The notes under the pieces: model-generated
Database searches by the model: none
Told to the model about the DNA's origin: nothing
Seen by the model: only the letters and a program-made list of their open reading frames with translations
Origin: Trichoplax sp. H2
Lineage: Eukaryota
DNA: 64,000 nt
Direction of reading: 5' to 3'
Assembly (NCBI GenBank): GCA_003344405.1
Contig: NOWV01000137.1
Span: 124,001 to 188,000, forward strand
Made by a program: the position numbers and the translations under genes
Part shown: one piece after another, positions 26,461 through 39,706 of the stretch
How the letters are laid out: every line of letters begins with the position of its first letter
Position numbering within the stretch: the stretch's first letter is position 1

Positions 26461-26594
26461 TGGGGGTAGTAGTTGCTATCAGATTATTACGATATTAAAC
26501 ATCTTCTCCATAAATCGAATATTCAAGCGAAATTTACTATTCAATATAGAGAAGCTAATCTTTGCTGTCTTCATATTATTAATAGGATTTTATC

Positions 26595-29500
26595 ATGGGT
26601 TGTTCATCATCTTCCAATTCGAAAATACCAATTAATGTCGTCAAACCTGAAAGTACAAGAGCATCGACCATTAAATCGGATAGTCGGAATTTGGAAGAAG
26701 AAAAATCGCCTACATCTAGCCAATCAACCAAAGGAAGTAAGAATAAAATATCGTTCACCAACAGAAAAATAGCAGAAACGAAAGTAAGTCAGTATCACCT
26801 GGTTGGTGTCATTAATATCAATCGATACGTTTTTCTACTCTACTTCTTTTTTTGTTATGATGGATTAACTTTATGAAACTAAAATCATTTCCTAAAATTT
26901 TTTTCTATACGTTAAAAGCAAAGTATTGTTGTGTATCATCTTCCATTCCCATCATTGCTTTATTCCATGTGCTTTACCAGCATGGTCGTTTCTTCTCGAT
27001 TATGATGTAGGCTTTTACTATAGACATTAAAAATTCTTTAGGGGCTTTCATAAAGCTAAATGGACTAAGTATTTAATAATATGATGTAATAGCAAGCATG
27101 ATTTTACCCCTACTTTTATATATTATGATACAGTAGTGTCTTTAACGGCCGACGATTCTTGCTAACACTCTATTTTATTTCTTTGTAACTTCTCATATGC
27201 AAAGTATTTTTAAGAGCGAGCCTTACTTATACTTAGATCGAAATAGTTTGTTAGCTACACCCAATTTATTCTCAATGATTATTTCCAACTCTATTTTGAC
27301 CAATGAATATTCTATCGACTAAGAGAGTTACTAGCTGTCGTTATTAGCCGATTAGCGGTAGCTTATCTCATGTCTTAGCGGCTATTGACTTGTAAAGAGA
27401 TTTTATTTAGAAGTAAATCTATCTCTATTGGATTTTAACTTGTATAGACAGCTTATTCCTATTCTATGCCCTTATTGAGCGAGTATTTGGTGATTTACTA
27501 TAGTAATTCTTCTTCTAGCCCATCATAATTCTTGTCAGGGGTAGAACTTTATTGAACTTCTATTTACACAGATACCTTAGCCCTGTTCTATCCCTTTCTG
27601 AGTAAACATTTGGCAATTTGCTTTTGCTATTTTTCTTCAAAATGGACCCGTTCTAATGACAGCTTGATTAGGAGATAATAATTTCTAAAATAGTCTAGCA
27701 TAAAAGATTATATGCGGTTGTATAACTTGTATTAAAATAAGATCTGAAAGATTAACTAGGTAGTTCTAATTAGATTATATACAACAGATTATAGATGTTA
27801 TTACAATCGCTAATATCCGTATCTAACAATTGAACATTGCATCCGTTCATAAAATACTTTATCATTTTCTTGATTTTAATCACATATGCGACTGTGTTTA
27901 ACAAATAATACATGAAAAAATTCCATTGCTAGATAAAGCTGATCTTTTTTAAAATACGTTGTATCTAACATCTTTTTTCGTTTGCTGTAGCTATGTTACC
28001 CGAAGCTACTGGATGTTCATTCTATTCATGTGTATAGCTGATATAAAATCTAGGTTGATTTTAACATTGCAACGGATAATCATCCATTGATCACATAAAC
28101 AACCTAATGCAATCACAACAACGTATACCTCTAAATAACCTCTCTATATTCAATATACCAGAAAAAACGAAATCGTATTTGTTTAATTATATTTATCATT
28201 AGTCATCTAAAATGCAAACTACTAATGTGCCTTTGCTATTCCCAAAGATACGATCAAGAATCGAATTAATCTTTGCGTTATCTAAATTAAAACGACAGGC
28301 TACGAGATTTGTTTATTTTATTTTCATAATGGATGTTACTGTATACTCGTACTAACAATCAAAGTACCATATTCCAACTCCAAATACCTTACCCTAGACT
28401 TTCTTTATTACCGATGAATTAGCAAGCTACCAATACTCATTTAAAGCAAATGAAATTGATCTTGTGATTTATTGCATAAAACCGAAAATCAGATTACCCT
28501 TTCTACTACACAAATTAAACTACGAGCTCTGAGATTTGTTAGTTTATTTCCACAGTATCAACTAAACTTTCTTTACGTATACCCAAGTATATTAAAGAAT
28601 TTTACGTTAATCATGACGCAATAATTGAATCACAAAAGATATAGAGTCGACCATAGTCTCTTTGTACAGGGGTTTATTATAAAATTTTATTGTAATAAAG
28701 ACACGATATCCTTATTGCATTAGTTAACCGTCAACTAAACTCTCTTATCTAGGGATAAATGAGGAAATTTTATATTAGTCCATCAATCATAGCACGAAAT
28801 TATAATTACGGTTGATATGTCGTCAATTAAACTGTCTTCATATTCGAATAAATCTAGGAAATTACTAGAAGTCATTAAATTGATTCTACATAAACAATCG
28901 TCTTTCCCTTTCTAGCGCACAAATCTAAAACACGAGCTGCAATTTATTAGTTTCTCGTACTTAATCTTATCATAACGACAACACATTCTAACTTCATATC
29001 GGTACGGTATGCTGCTAACTAAAACCCCTTTCTTATAGTAAACTAGTCCTACAACCCGTCGTCTTGTTAATGGACTGTGTCTTATAAGGTTATTTACATT
29101 TGTTCTTTAAATATGTACGTTAGAGTTATGCAATTCTTGCTAAGGAAGTTATCAGTAGTCATTTAACCGAGCTGATGATTAAATTTTGACGATCCATTAT
29201 AGATGATCATAAATCCGGTTATCCTTTCTACTATTGTGCCCATATTCAAAATACCAACTATAAAATATGCTTGTTTCATTTCATATAATAATCGATCTTC
29301 TATTGGTAATCATTGTTCAATATTCCAATAATAGCATATCATCAAATAAACTCATTGTATCGAGAAAATTGGGAAGTAATTTTAATATTCTAAGCAAGTC
29401 GATTCACTTTATCGATGATTGTTATTAATCCTAGACTGATAAACAAGAATCAGCTAACTCTTTGTGCTGCACAGTTTTAAACTGTAAGTCTGAAGATTGA

Positions 29501-31410
29501 CTAGCAACATTTATGACTCAAATTCTGCTAATTATTTAATAGTTTCTAGCGCAATTTCTATCGACAATGATGATCAACAATAATGTTCTTGTAAGAAAAA
29601 TGGGATAATTAAAGAATAAATGAGTGCTAAGGACTTGTATAGCGAGAAAATTGGGATGTAACTATTTCAGATAGCAATTACTGGATTGTAATTACGTCCA
29701 GCAACAATAGATTTTTGAACGCTGTTCACAGTATCTTAAGGGTATTGTTTTGTTATTAGTAGAAAAGACCAAATTGATTGTTATTTTACTCCAATTTTTG
29801 GTATTAGTATGTTCACTTTATTATTGGTTCATAAGCAACTCTACTGTCTATCTGAATAAATGATTAGATCGTTTACGTCGTATTGTATGCTTGCAATGGA
29901 ATAAAAAATGAACTTTACTTAATAAGTATCATGATAGAATGATAGGGCGCTATCGGGGAAAGAAAGGATACGTAGGTTGAAGTTGTCATAGCAACAGGAT
30001 CAAAAATGATAGCAAAAACCTTTCATAGTCTAGATTTAATCGACAGAAGTAATTTAAAATTGAAAAAGAAACGGCAAATAAAAGAATTAATCATTTTGGC
30101 CGTGACAAAAAAATGGGATGATCTCATATGACTTGAACAGCTGTTTATAGTTATAGACAGGGTATCGTTGAATATTTTGTGTATCTTTTAGTAGGGTATT
30201 AATATTTATTAGCTATTAGCTGTGGTAAATTAAAAGAAAAGATAAGCCTTCGTCGTATTAGTTATCCAATTCACTCTCGAAAAGATGGCCTTGTTTGTGG
30301 CTAACAATGTGAGATTTCATTTTTTAGATTATATTTCCAGTTTTTTTCTTTATTTTTATCTTTGCATAGACATTTATATTTTACTAAACATGGAATCCGT
30401 GTATAATTATATATATCTTTGGTTTTTTGTATCGGTTACTCTAAATCTTGCTTATCGTTTATATCGAAAGGAAGGGTTAATTTTTTTTATTAGAAGAAAA
30501 ATTTGTGGGATGCACTACTCTCGTTATCGTCTCCAAAATTAATTAATTGTTCTTCGTCATCTTTCTTTAATTGCTTACTAGGAAGAATTTGATCTTATCA
30601 TTAAATCAGCCGATGATAAATTAGTTGTCATTGATTTTTATGCTCAGTGGTGTGGTCCATGTCGCCGTATAGGGCCTAAATACGAGGTAAAACGGTTATT
30701 ATTTTCATTTCAAGGACAGTAACTCTTCATTCATGCAATACTGTATGGACTTGATTTTTGTTCGTCCCTTCATCAAATACCTAATTTGCCCATTTCTAGG
30801 CTATGAGTAAGGATCCAGAATATGAAAATGTTATATTTCTGAAGGTTGATGTTGATGATAATAGTGTAAGTATTGGTTAATTAAAGCGCATTAATTAAAT
30901 ATCTGGATGTGAAACGGCTATATTATAGGAAAGATCGTCTTTAATCTTGAGATGTTATAAACGGCCCAGTCACTAATTAATAGGAACAGTGATTCTACAA
31001 CAATCTTAGTCATAAAACTTCCTCCTTACAAGCGATGTTATTAAAAATAGCCATTTAAGTCTATTTGGTTGCAGTATTTTACGTAAATACAATTGAGTCT
31101 TACTATATCACCAATACTGATTTGTTATTTCCTAAAATAGGATACTGCCGAAGCTTGTGGCATCAGTTGCATGCCAACGTTTCAATTTTATCAAAATGGA
31201 CAAAAGGTATTATAGAATTGATCACCAATAGCAATATCTTGCCGTATAAAAAATTGCATGCCATGTACAGTAGCAACGTCTGCTAAACGATACTATAATA
31301 TTAATTTTAAAATCGGTCAATATGAAAATTTTCCCTGATAGATTGATGAACTTTCTGGATCTGACGATTCACAACTTCTAGCTAAAATTAAAGAATTAAT
31401 GGTTCGATAA
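26595..31410 (+). CDS. TXN: Thioredoxin (WCGPC) with N-terminal extension, 5 coding exons, ~164 aa
   Basis: Exons 26595-26783, 30582-30686 (EEFDLII...VVIDFYAQWCGPCRRIGPKYE), 30800-30865 (VIFLKVDVD), 31141-31206 (CGISCMPTFQFYQNGQK), 31342-31410; all GT-AG and phase 0. Core exons are secure; exon 1 is joined by phase and by similarity of KIAETK to the TXN N-terminus. Confidence 0.88.
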
Positions 31411-32619
31411 AAGTAGCAAAGTAAGGTTTACTATTTATCAATTATGTAATATTCTGGATAAGAAATAAAAACGATAGTGGTGTATAAATCACTTGGAGTT
31501 TTAAGAATGGAAATTTTCAATTTTATTTCAATACATTAATGTATAGGTGAAGGGAGGAATCTTTCCTTCATTCGCTACAGCGATAAAGTATATTACGTCA
31601 GTAAGAAGAAGATGTACACAATAACTTATTTGCTTTTAATGATGATTCAAATATAAGATTCATGCATAACCTTATATTGATAGTGTGAATATCACTCTTT
31701 TACACATAAAACTACTTTATAACTCTTCTTGGCTTGCAAACTTGTTATTGTACAATGTGTTCTTTGAAATTTGACTGCTATAGCTGGTACTTGTATATAT
31801 TGATGTGTTTATGAAAGTTATAACATAAATGTATAGTATATTAACATATACATAGTACATATATATATTCAGATATTTGATCTAACATTATACAGCAAAT
31901 AGATGTAACTAGCTTAACTAGCTAGCTTACATAGCCATTTGCAGAATTATGATTTTCGAACAGTACCTTCGATACATTGACTGCGTAATTTTCTTTAATC
32001 ACTTTTTTTGAATCTTGATTTTAAATTAAATAGATTTCACTCATGTGATTGGTTAAATAGATAATTAAACAGATAATTGCCAGTAATAACTTAAATTATT
32101 AATATTTTATCATATACATTACTAGGATAACGTTATGCAGCCATCAATTGCAACTGAGTTTAAGTGAAATGAAAACCACGAAGCAGACTGCTATTTCATG
32201 GCGGCTAATTGATTGTAGTTAAACAAATAAAACTCCTTGTACATGCTTAATTTGGTGCTAAAAGTCATTTTATCGTGATTGTAGAAACTAGCACAACCCA
32301 TGGAAATTCTGTGGAATAGTATAATTTTAATTAATACGATTTGATAAATTATGCGTGCTTTGATTCTGATGTTGTTGAAGTTAGTCATCTCCAAGCAAAG
32401 TAAAAATTGTTACCATGGCCAACGTAACAGAGCTGGAAATTAGCTATCAGCTACAAATACTATACCTGTCAGATTTTAGTTAAACTTCTACCCAAAGATA
32501 GCATGTAGCATAGTTGTAGTAAAGAAGAAAAATGAAAATATTCGTGGAACTTTACATTTAAAATGTATCTATCTTTGCAATTATGAAGATTGTGTAGCTG
32601 AGGTATAAAATGCTAAGCA

Positions 32620-33180
32620 GTGTATAATCGAACCGAATCGAATTCATGGATATTACTGGATAAGAAGAATAGTTTATTCCTAGAACTTTATACTTAAAAA
32701 TGGTGCCATCGTTATGATTATGATTACTGTGTAACAAAGCTGTAGAATATCATGAAGCGAAATCGAATCGAATGTATAGATATTAAAACATAAGAAGAGT
32801 AATTATAAGTATAACTTTATTCGTAAAGATGTACGCTGTGCAGTAGCTTTTTTTGTAATTATAATTATAGATCTTGTATAAAAAAGCTATGGAATTTTGA
32901 CAAGCGAAATCGAATTTATAGATATTACGGTGTAACAAGAGTCACTATTAGTAAAGCGTTATGCTTCAAAATGTAATCATCCTTTTAAACGTAGATTTTA
33001 CTTAAGAAAAGCTATGGAATATTGACAAACAAAATCGAATCGAATCTATAGAAATTTCTGGGCATGAAAGGTCATTAATTGTAGAAACTATTCGTAGAAC
33101 TTGATTAGGAGCGCAGTTATTCTGACAATTATGGATAAATTATCACAAAATCATGGAATATTGATGTTACGGTGAATCCC
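32620..33180. repeat. Degenerate tandem array, ~125-147-bp unit, ~5 copies
   Basis: aagctatggaatatt..gaaatcgaatcgaat..atagatatt recurs near 32626, 32761, 32908, 33033, 33170. Confidence 0.65.
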
Positions 33181-34851
33181 GAGAATCAGTTACTCCCAAC
33201 AGTATTTTCAGTCTACACAAAAATGGAGTGATTATTTGACAAAATGTGGGTACTTGGCAATGGCTTACAATTTAGATTTTCAGAAATTAGACAGTTTACA
33301 TTAATGCTAATAAAACAAAAAGCTTGCGCTTAGCATATAATTACAGATTTCTATAGTTATGAAGCTATTTACAGGGTATGCTGATAGATCATTTGATGGC
33401 AATCGCTGTCTACCTCTATCAGAAACACCCTCATCTATTAAAATGAATGATTTCGATTACGCGCTCATGTAGTATACGAGTATGCATATATAGATGGGTA
33501 TGACATATGCAGTACAAACATGGACTAGATCCTGAATAAACTAATAACTTCATCCATGTTTAGTATTAAATGTAATAATATATAATGCATATCAACAACT
33601 GTATTTGTCTGTCTTTGAAACAGAAATCATGCGAGTAATTATTGCTGAAGTATATACCTATTTGCATTAATAATTGTTCACAAAGCTACCGCAAAATTCG
33701 CCTTTAGCTGATCTTCGAGCTACAGTATAAACAATGCATTACTTATTCTAACTTTCTTATAAACTATGAGCAGTATCCAATACAGCATGACAATTTAAAT
33801 GGGGTACATGTAAACGATTAGACAGTCAGTATTTAAAATTATTATAAAGTTACATTTAGTATCTATCCAGCTTTTACCTTATTCCTAATAACGTACGCAA
33901 TAATAGTCCGATGCTCCAACAGATAGCAATAAATAAGTGAAAGTAAAAATGGACTAGTAAATGTTAATGCCTTGGTGTAACATTTTCAAATCAATAAAGC
34001 AAAATAGTAAACATCTCCATGTACGAGTACGGTGCAAAAATTTTTCATTTCAATTTCAGTAATAAATGATAGACAAGTTGAAAGTCACATCTTCTATTTG
34101 TAAATGTGCTTGTGTAGCGAATACGCTAAGAAAATAACTCTAGAATGTATACAATAACTTTATGACTTTAAATAATAATATTAAATTGCATATAGGTCTA
34201 CCTTGCTAGCTCGGATAGACTAGCCATGACAAGGAATCTTATTTTACAAATTTTTGCTTGAGAACTTGTCATACAATCGATTTTGAAAATTACCGATATA
34301 GCTGAAACTTTGTATATATATATAATATAAATAGAACTTCAATGTGATACCATATAAGCGTACAATTTGTTTTAAAATAGATGTAATCCATATAGACAAT
34401 AATGTTACTGTAGTTCCAACGACAATAGAGTCTATCTTAGAGTCAATTACAACACCTCTTATTCAGCAACATCTAGAATTTGATTACATTTAGTCACAAA
34501 TCAATGTCCCTCATGCCATTGGATGTAAGTAGCTACAAGTCAATGATTGCAGCAATTAAAATAGTGATTATTATAGCTGAAACATGAATAATATATCGAG
34601 TAATTTTTATGTGAAGCAATTATAATTATTCAATGAATTAATGATAAAATAGCATGTACTATCAGGAGGAAGGTTACGGACTGCTACATCGTAGATCACT
34701 GGGTGCACCGTATAATGTATCGTTCGCCGATGATCAATTGTATAGCATATGATTGATTGTGAGTGCTGCAATATCCACTTTGTCAATATCACAGATTTGT
34801 GCTTGTGCTAGAATTGATACATTGATAATAATACTACTGGGTTGTGCAGTA

Positions 34852-37839
34852 CTAGGTATGAGAGATTACTAGCCAAGCCATGACGAAGTAAAATAAAAAG
34901 ATTGGATAGATAGCCAATGCTTTTCTATCGGATAGCTGTGTGTCAGCTAGAAATGCCGTTGATGCTAAATAAAGTGCGTCAATAAAACTTTGATTAGGAG
35001 CGGTTATAGCAACATTGTGAATGCAAAAGAGATCCCCAGAAACTTAATATCAGCATTTTCTACATTTCAATTGATGACATACTGGTACAGGAGTATGAAT
35101 AATAGACTCACCAAATGTTGACCAGCAAAATCCCAAAATGACTAAGCAAAATCGAAGAACAAACAATCCACTTGTATGTGGAAGCATAAGTACAATTCGA
35201 CAGCCAATCAGTGCTAGTACAAGAGGAAACATACAATAACCTAATACGCACAGACTTTGAAATAATGATCTAGAATATGAAAAAAATTGTATCATGTATT
35301 AACGATATACATCTATCCAGTGGTTATTCGAAAAAAATGATGTAGTCCAATTCTTGCTTAGCTAATATGTAGAGGCGGTTAAAAAATTAGCTGTAAGCTT
35401 ACATTCTCCCACCAAGTAATTGACTGTTGATAGTTACAATTCCAGCTCCACACCAAAAGATGACAAATACTTCAGCAAATTGTGGTCCTCCATCGTTAAC
35501 GTTATCAGCTTTGTTACCTTGTAACAGCCTACGAAATGCCAAGTTAAATAATATCTATTACAGTCGTTGCAAGGCTGCTGACTTAACACAAAGACAGTAT
35601 TGTCAAGATACGCGTACATGCTACCGTATATACAAGTACAGTACAACAGTATTGTGATACATTAACAGGGTTAAAATGCATGAAATACCATTTGACAATC
35701 CTAACAAACTAACATAGCGAAAATGATTGTATCCAAATTGTCGGTTTCATAACTCAGACAATACTTACAACGCCATAGCCCCACATAAGATTAAAGGTCC
35801 CCATAAGTCCCCTAAAAAATTAATAAAGCAGCAGCAATAATATTAGTTGTCATTGCAATACATTGGTTTACGTTTCCTTGACCAATAAATGACTTTCATT
35901 TATCTACAGGTGAATCCCATGTAACATATGAAATACATCATGTTGGTAAAGTTAGGATATACGAGTGTGTTTACAATTTAGCAACTGTACCAATATAGTT
36001 TGGTCCCACCAATGTTATAGAGGTAGAATACGAACTTACTTCTACTACTGTGACATGGTCAACTCGATTGATTGCAGTTGATCCATCATAATACTGACAA
36101 AGTTACGATCTATGCTTAGTACCAATATAGTTTGGCATCCCCAATGTTATAGAGGTAGAATACGAACTTACTTCTCCTACTGTAACATGGTCAACTTGAT
36201 TGATTGCAGTTGATCCATCATAATACTGACAAAGTTATGATCTATGCTTAGTAGCAATATGGTTTGGTACCACCAATATTATAGAGGTAGAATACGAACT
36301 TCTTCACTACTGTAATTTGGTCAACTCGATTGATTGCAGTTGATCCATCATAATACTGATAAAACTTATGATGTATGCTTAGTACCAATATAGTTTGGTA
36401 CCACCAATACTATAGAGGTAGAATACGAATTTACTTCTACTACTGTAACATGGTCAACTCAATTGATTGCAGTTAATGCATTATTATACTGATAAGGTTA
36501 TGATCTATGCTTACCATTTTGCAATTGTGCTCATTTATTTTGGCAACATGAATGTTGTAGTGGTATTATACGAATTATTTTCTACTACTTGCAGTTTATC
36601 CATCATCATGGTAGAAAAAGTATGATCTATGTTTATAATTTTTCAACTGAGCCCATTCATTTTGGCAAACACGCATGTTGTCGTAGCATAATACCAAGTT
36701 ACTTTCTACTGCTGTAACAGGATCAACTTGATTGATTGTTTGATCTTTACCAATCACTCTTAATTTCTCAAGTTTGTCAATGACACTATGTACTATGTTA
36801 AGTTTGGGCTTCATGTAAGAATTGCGGTGATATTGACCTTAAAGTGGCCGTATACGCATATGGAAGGGTTGGCAGTACGATACGTAGAAAGAAATAGTCT
36901 GTAGTACTTACAATTTCGCAAGAGGGAAATTTTCTGCTTGACGTAAAAGACGTGGAGAAATTTTTGGCCAATGGATTTCAGATCTCTTAGCTGTAAATGG
37001 AAAGGGTATAGTTAATACCTTGTTATCATGACTATTGGGATGGTATGATAGATCTATTGCATGTATCGCTGGTGAAGGAGAACATGTCCTGCTACTACTG
37101 TATGGTCAATGGCTACGGGTACTGATTGATGGCCGCTTTTCATTTCTGTATTATTTCGCCGTATGGAACCAACTGAGTGGACTAATTACTGCAGATCACC
37201 ATCCAAACTGATAGAAATGATTCGATTCTACTCTATACAATCTATCTGATGGAGATGATACGCGTCTATCTTGTTGTGGTAATGAAAATGAACACAGATC
37301 GTTGATGATACAGTCTACCCTTGTTGGCATGCTATTCCTCTTGGCTATGGTATGGATTGCCAGTATTTAAAAAAGAGGAAGAAATTGGAATGACGACCTA
37401 TCACCGTCAACTAGAGCAAATGATCAATCGGCTGTATTCCAGTGGAAAGACTGTCCTATGGATACTACAGAGGCAAACTCTTTTTCTATTACCAAGGACT
37501 ATAGACTGCCGATACTGCAGCACTGAATTATTCCCGATTGGGTGTTCTACAAGCCTATCCTATCCAGACAGAATGACTGTCATGGCCAAAGCACGTTGAA
37601 GGAGTTTTACTACATAGTCAAGGAATTTTAGTCGATCCATTGCAAGAAATAGTCGACTTGAATGCAGCTCTTTTCTTCCATCCATAAACTGTACTTACGA
37701 GTGTTTGCGATACTGGTTCGTCGATGGTGTCGAAATGCGATTCATCGACTTGATGATCACCATGGACACGTTGACTTTCTTCGTCTTCATCGCTATCACT
37801 ATGATCAAAACGCGGACTAACCGGTCTTGGTGATGCCAT
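34852..37839 (-). CDS. YIPF6: Yip1-domain family protein 6, 6 exons, ~219 aa
   Basis: Exons 37839-37699, 36990-36912, 35811-35769, 35528-35403, 35269-35112, 34964-34852, phase-consistent GT-AG. Motifs DTIDEPV..TL|LRDLK.IGQKFLHV, WDLWGPLILC, GGPQFAEVF, LLGG.ISLFQSLCVLGYC, RKALAIYPIFLFY. Confidence 0.93.
35987..36750. repeat. 132-bp tandem repeat in YIPF6 intron 2 (4 young copies 35987-36513 plus older copies)
   Basis: Unit starts at 35987, 36119, 36251, 36382; diverged copies continue to ~36750. Confidence 0.92.
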
Positions 37840-38146
37840 TAGCACGACGTGAATGATCAATTACGTAGAAGGATTGAAGAATACCACTCGAATTTGCCTT
37901 CCTCGCACTTTGCTACCAATGGCTTGATTTTGGATCAAGAAGGAGGCGAAAGATGGCAAGAGGGGAACTGGAGCCACAGCCTTTGGACGTCCAGTCGGTA
38001 TTCCAAATTGCCAAATAGGACGTCGTGTCTGAATCCGCTTAATCCCTTACTAGTGCTAGTATAGGGCGATCATGTGGACGTGAAGCAGAAGCGACTCAAT
38101 ACCCTTACAACGCTGATCTGGTCTGACAATGAAGAAATCCGAGTTC

Positions 38147-38157
38147 GCACATGCGCA
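38147..38157. promoter_or_regulatory. NRF1-like site (GCACATGCGCA) upstream of YIPF6
   Basis: One mismatch from the NRF1 consensus GCGCATGCGCA, ~300 bp upstream of the YIPF6 ATG in the divergent YIPF6/GNPDA spacer. Confidence 0.4.
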
Positions 38158-38189
38158 ATGCAAAGTCTAATGGAGAATGTCCAATTGTC

Positions 38190-39450
38190 CATGTACTGTA
38201 CGTTTTACAATATACAGTACAGTTATGCCAGAGTGAACTTTTGCCACGGTGGCAACTTAGCCATACAGATCAGCTTACAGTATGTACTGTATCGTTTGTA
38301 CTGTACACTGTACAGGACTGACTGAGAGTACCATCCTACAGTACAGTACATGGATGACAGTACAGTGCACTGAACTGTACAACGTGATCCTACAGTATTC
38401 GTTATTACAATTTTTGCATCAATTTGTTCAAACTGGATCGCACGCAAATGCATGGCTTTAATACGTATCAGGTAACTTTCTATAATAAGAGACCTACAGT
38501 ATGTGTATTGGAAGGTTTATAACGAATGGTCTTTTTTAGAACGCTTTACTCCTAGTTAATACTGTGTAATTCAAATGCAATGGAAGAAAACGCATCACAT
38601 TGTACTGTACTGAAACTAAGAAATGGCTGAGACGACGTAATCGATCTGACTATGGATCACACTTTACAGTACAGTACAATGTACTGTACACTGTAGACTA
38701 CAGTACTGTGTACTGTTCTGTTCAGTGTGCACTGTGTGCAGGCGACTGGTTACCCTACAGTATGTCTATGTACTGTTTCATACCTATACCAACATGGCAT
38801 ACAGTACACTGTCTTAGTATGTTTGTTGCACAGTCCGATGGACATGCCTGTAAAATCCTGAAGGAAATGAAGCCGTCAATAGCAGGAACAGTACTCATAG
38901 CTAATTGGTTATGACGGTCATTTTGACCATCATGGATCGACTCACTCTACGAATTACATTGTACAGTACAGTACCTGTAATGGATCCCATTTTACAGTAC
39001 AGTACTCTGTCCAGTACCGTATACTTGAAAGAGAGAAAGGATTGATAGAGAGAGTGGACGTACAGTACAATACTATAGTCGATGCAACCCAATGAAATCC
39101 ATTTTACAGTACTGTACACTGTCGTGTGTTGTACTGTACTGTATACTGTACAGTACACTGTTTACAGTACATACTGTATAGTACTGTAGATTGTACTGTA
39201 CACTGTACAGTACTTGAAAGGGAGAAAGGATTGATAGAGTGACGTACTGTACTGTACTGTACAATACTGTACTGTACAGTACTGTAGTCGATGCGACCCA
39301 ATGAATCCCATTTTACAATACTGTACACTGTATACTGTACACTGTACACTGTAAAATCCTGAAGGAAATGAAACCATAAACAGCTGGAACAGTACTCTGA
39401 GCTCATTAGTCATTATGGCCATTCTGGCTACGTTGGATCGATTGACTCTA
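38190..39450. repeat. TACAG/CTGTA pentamer-rich low-complexity region with nested direct duplications
   Basis: Dense tacagtac/gtactgta runs in both orientations; ~38848-38950 resembles ~39349-39450; ~39022-39120 resembles ~39211-39330. Confidence 0.85.
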
Positions 39451-39706
39451 TGCTAACCCGAGCTTACCCCCGGTACCTCTTGATTGATTGATTTATTTGT
39501 TTATTAGAATATCGTGTCAGCCAAGACAAAACTATTGTCAATAGTTGAGTTTTACCATTATAGGTCCGAGTTTGCTTGTGGCTTGAAAAGGGATTCTTAA
39601 TATTGATCTTGTCCTTGGTTTTGCCCCTATCCCCTCCCATTGGAACCATTGAAAGGTTGTGTCTCTCTGCTGCTGACTGCCATTGATTGATTGCACGGAA
39701 AGAAGG

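Noticed and set aside
36596-36814. 72-aa minus-strand ORF in YIPF6 intron 2
   Set aside because: Overlaps a decayed copy of the 132-bp repeat; the YIPF6 model is complete without it.
38074-39422. Several 63-104-aa Y/C/T/V/Q-rich ORFs
   Set aside because: Products of the stop-poor TACAG/CTGTA repeat, overlapping in several frames.
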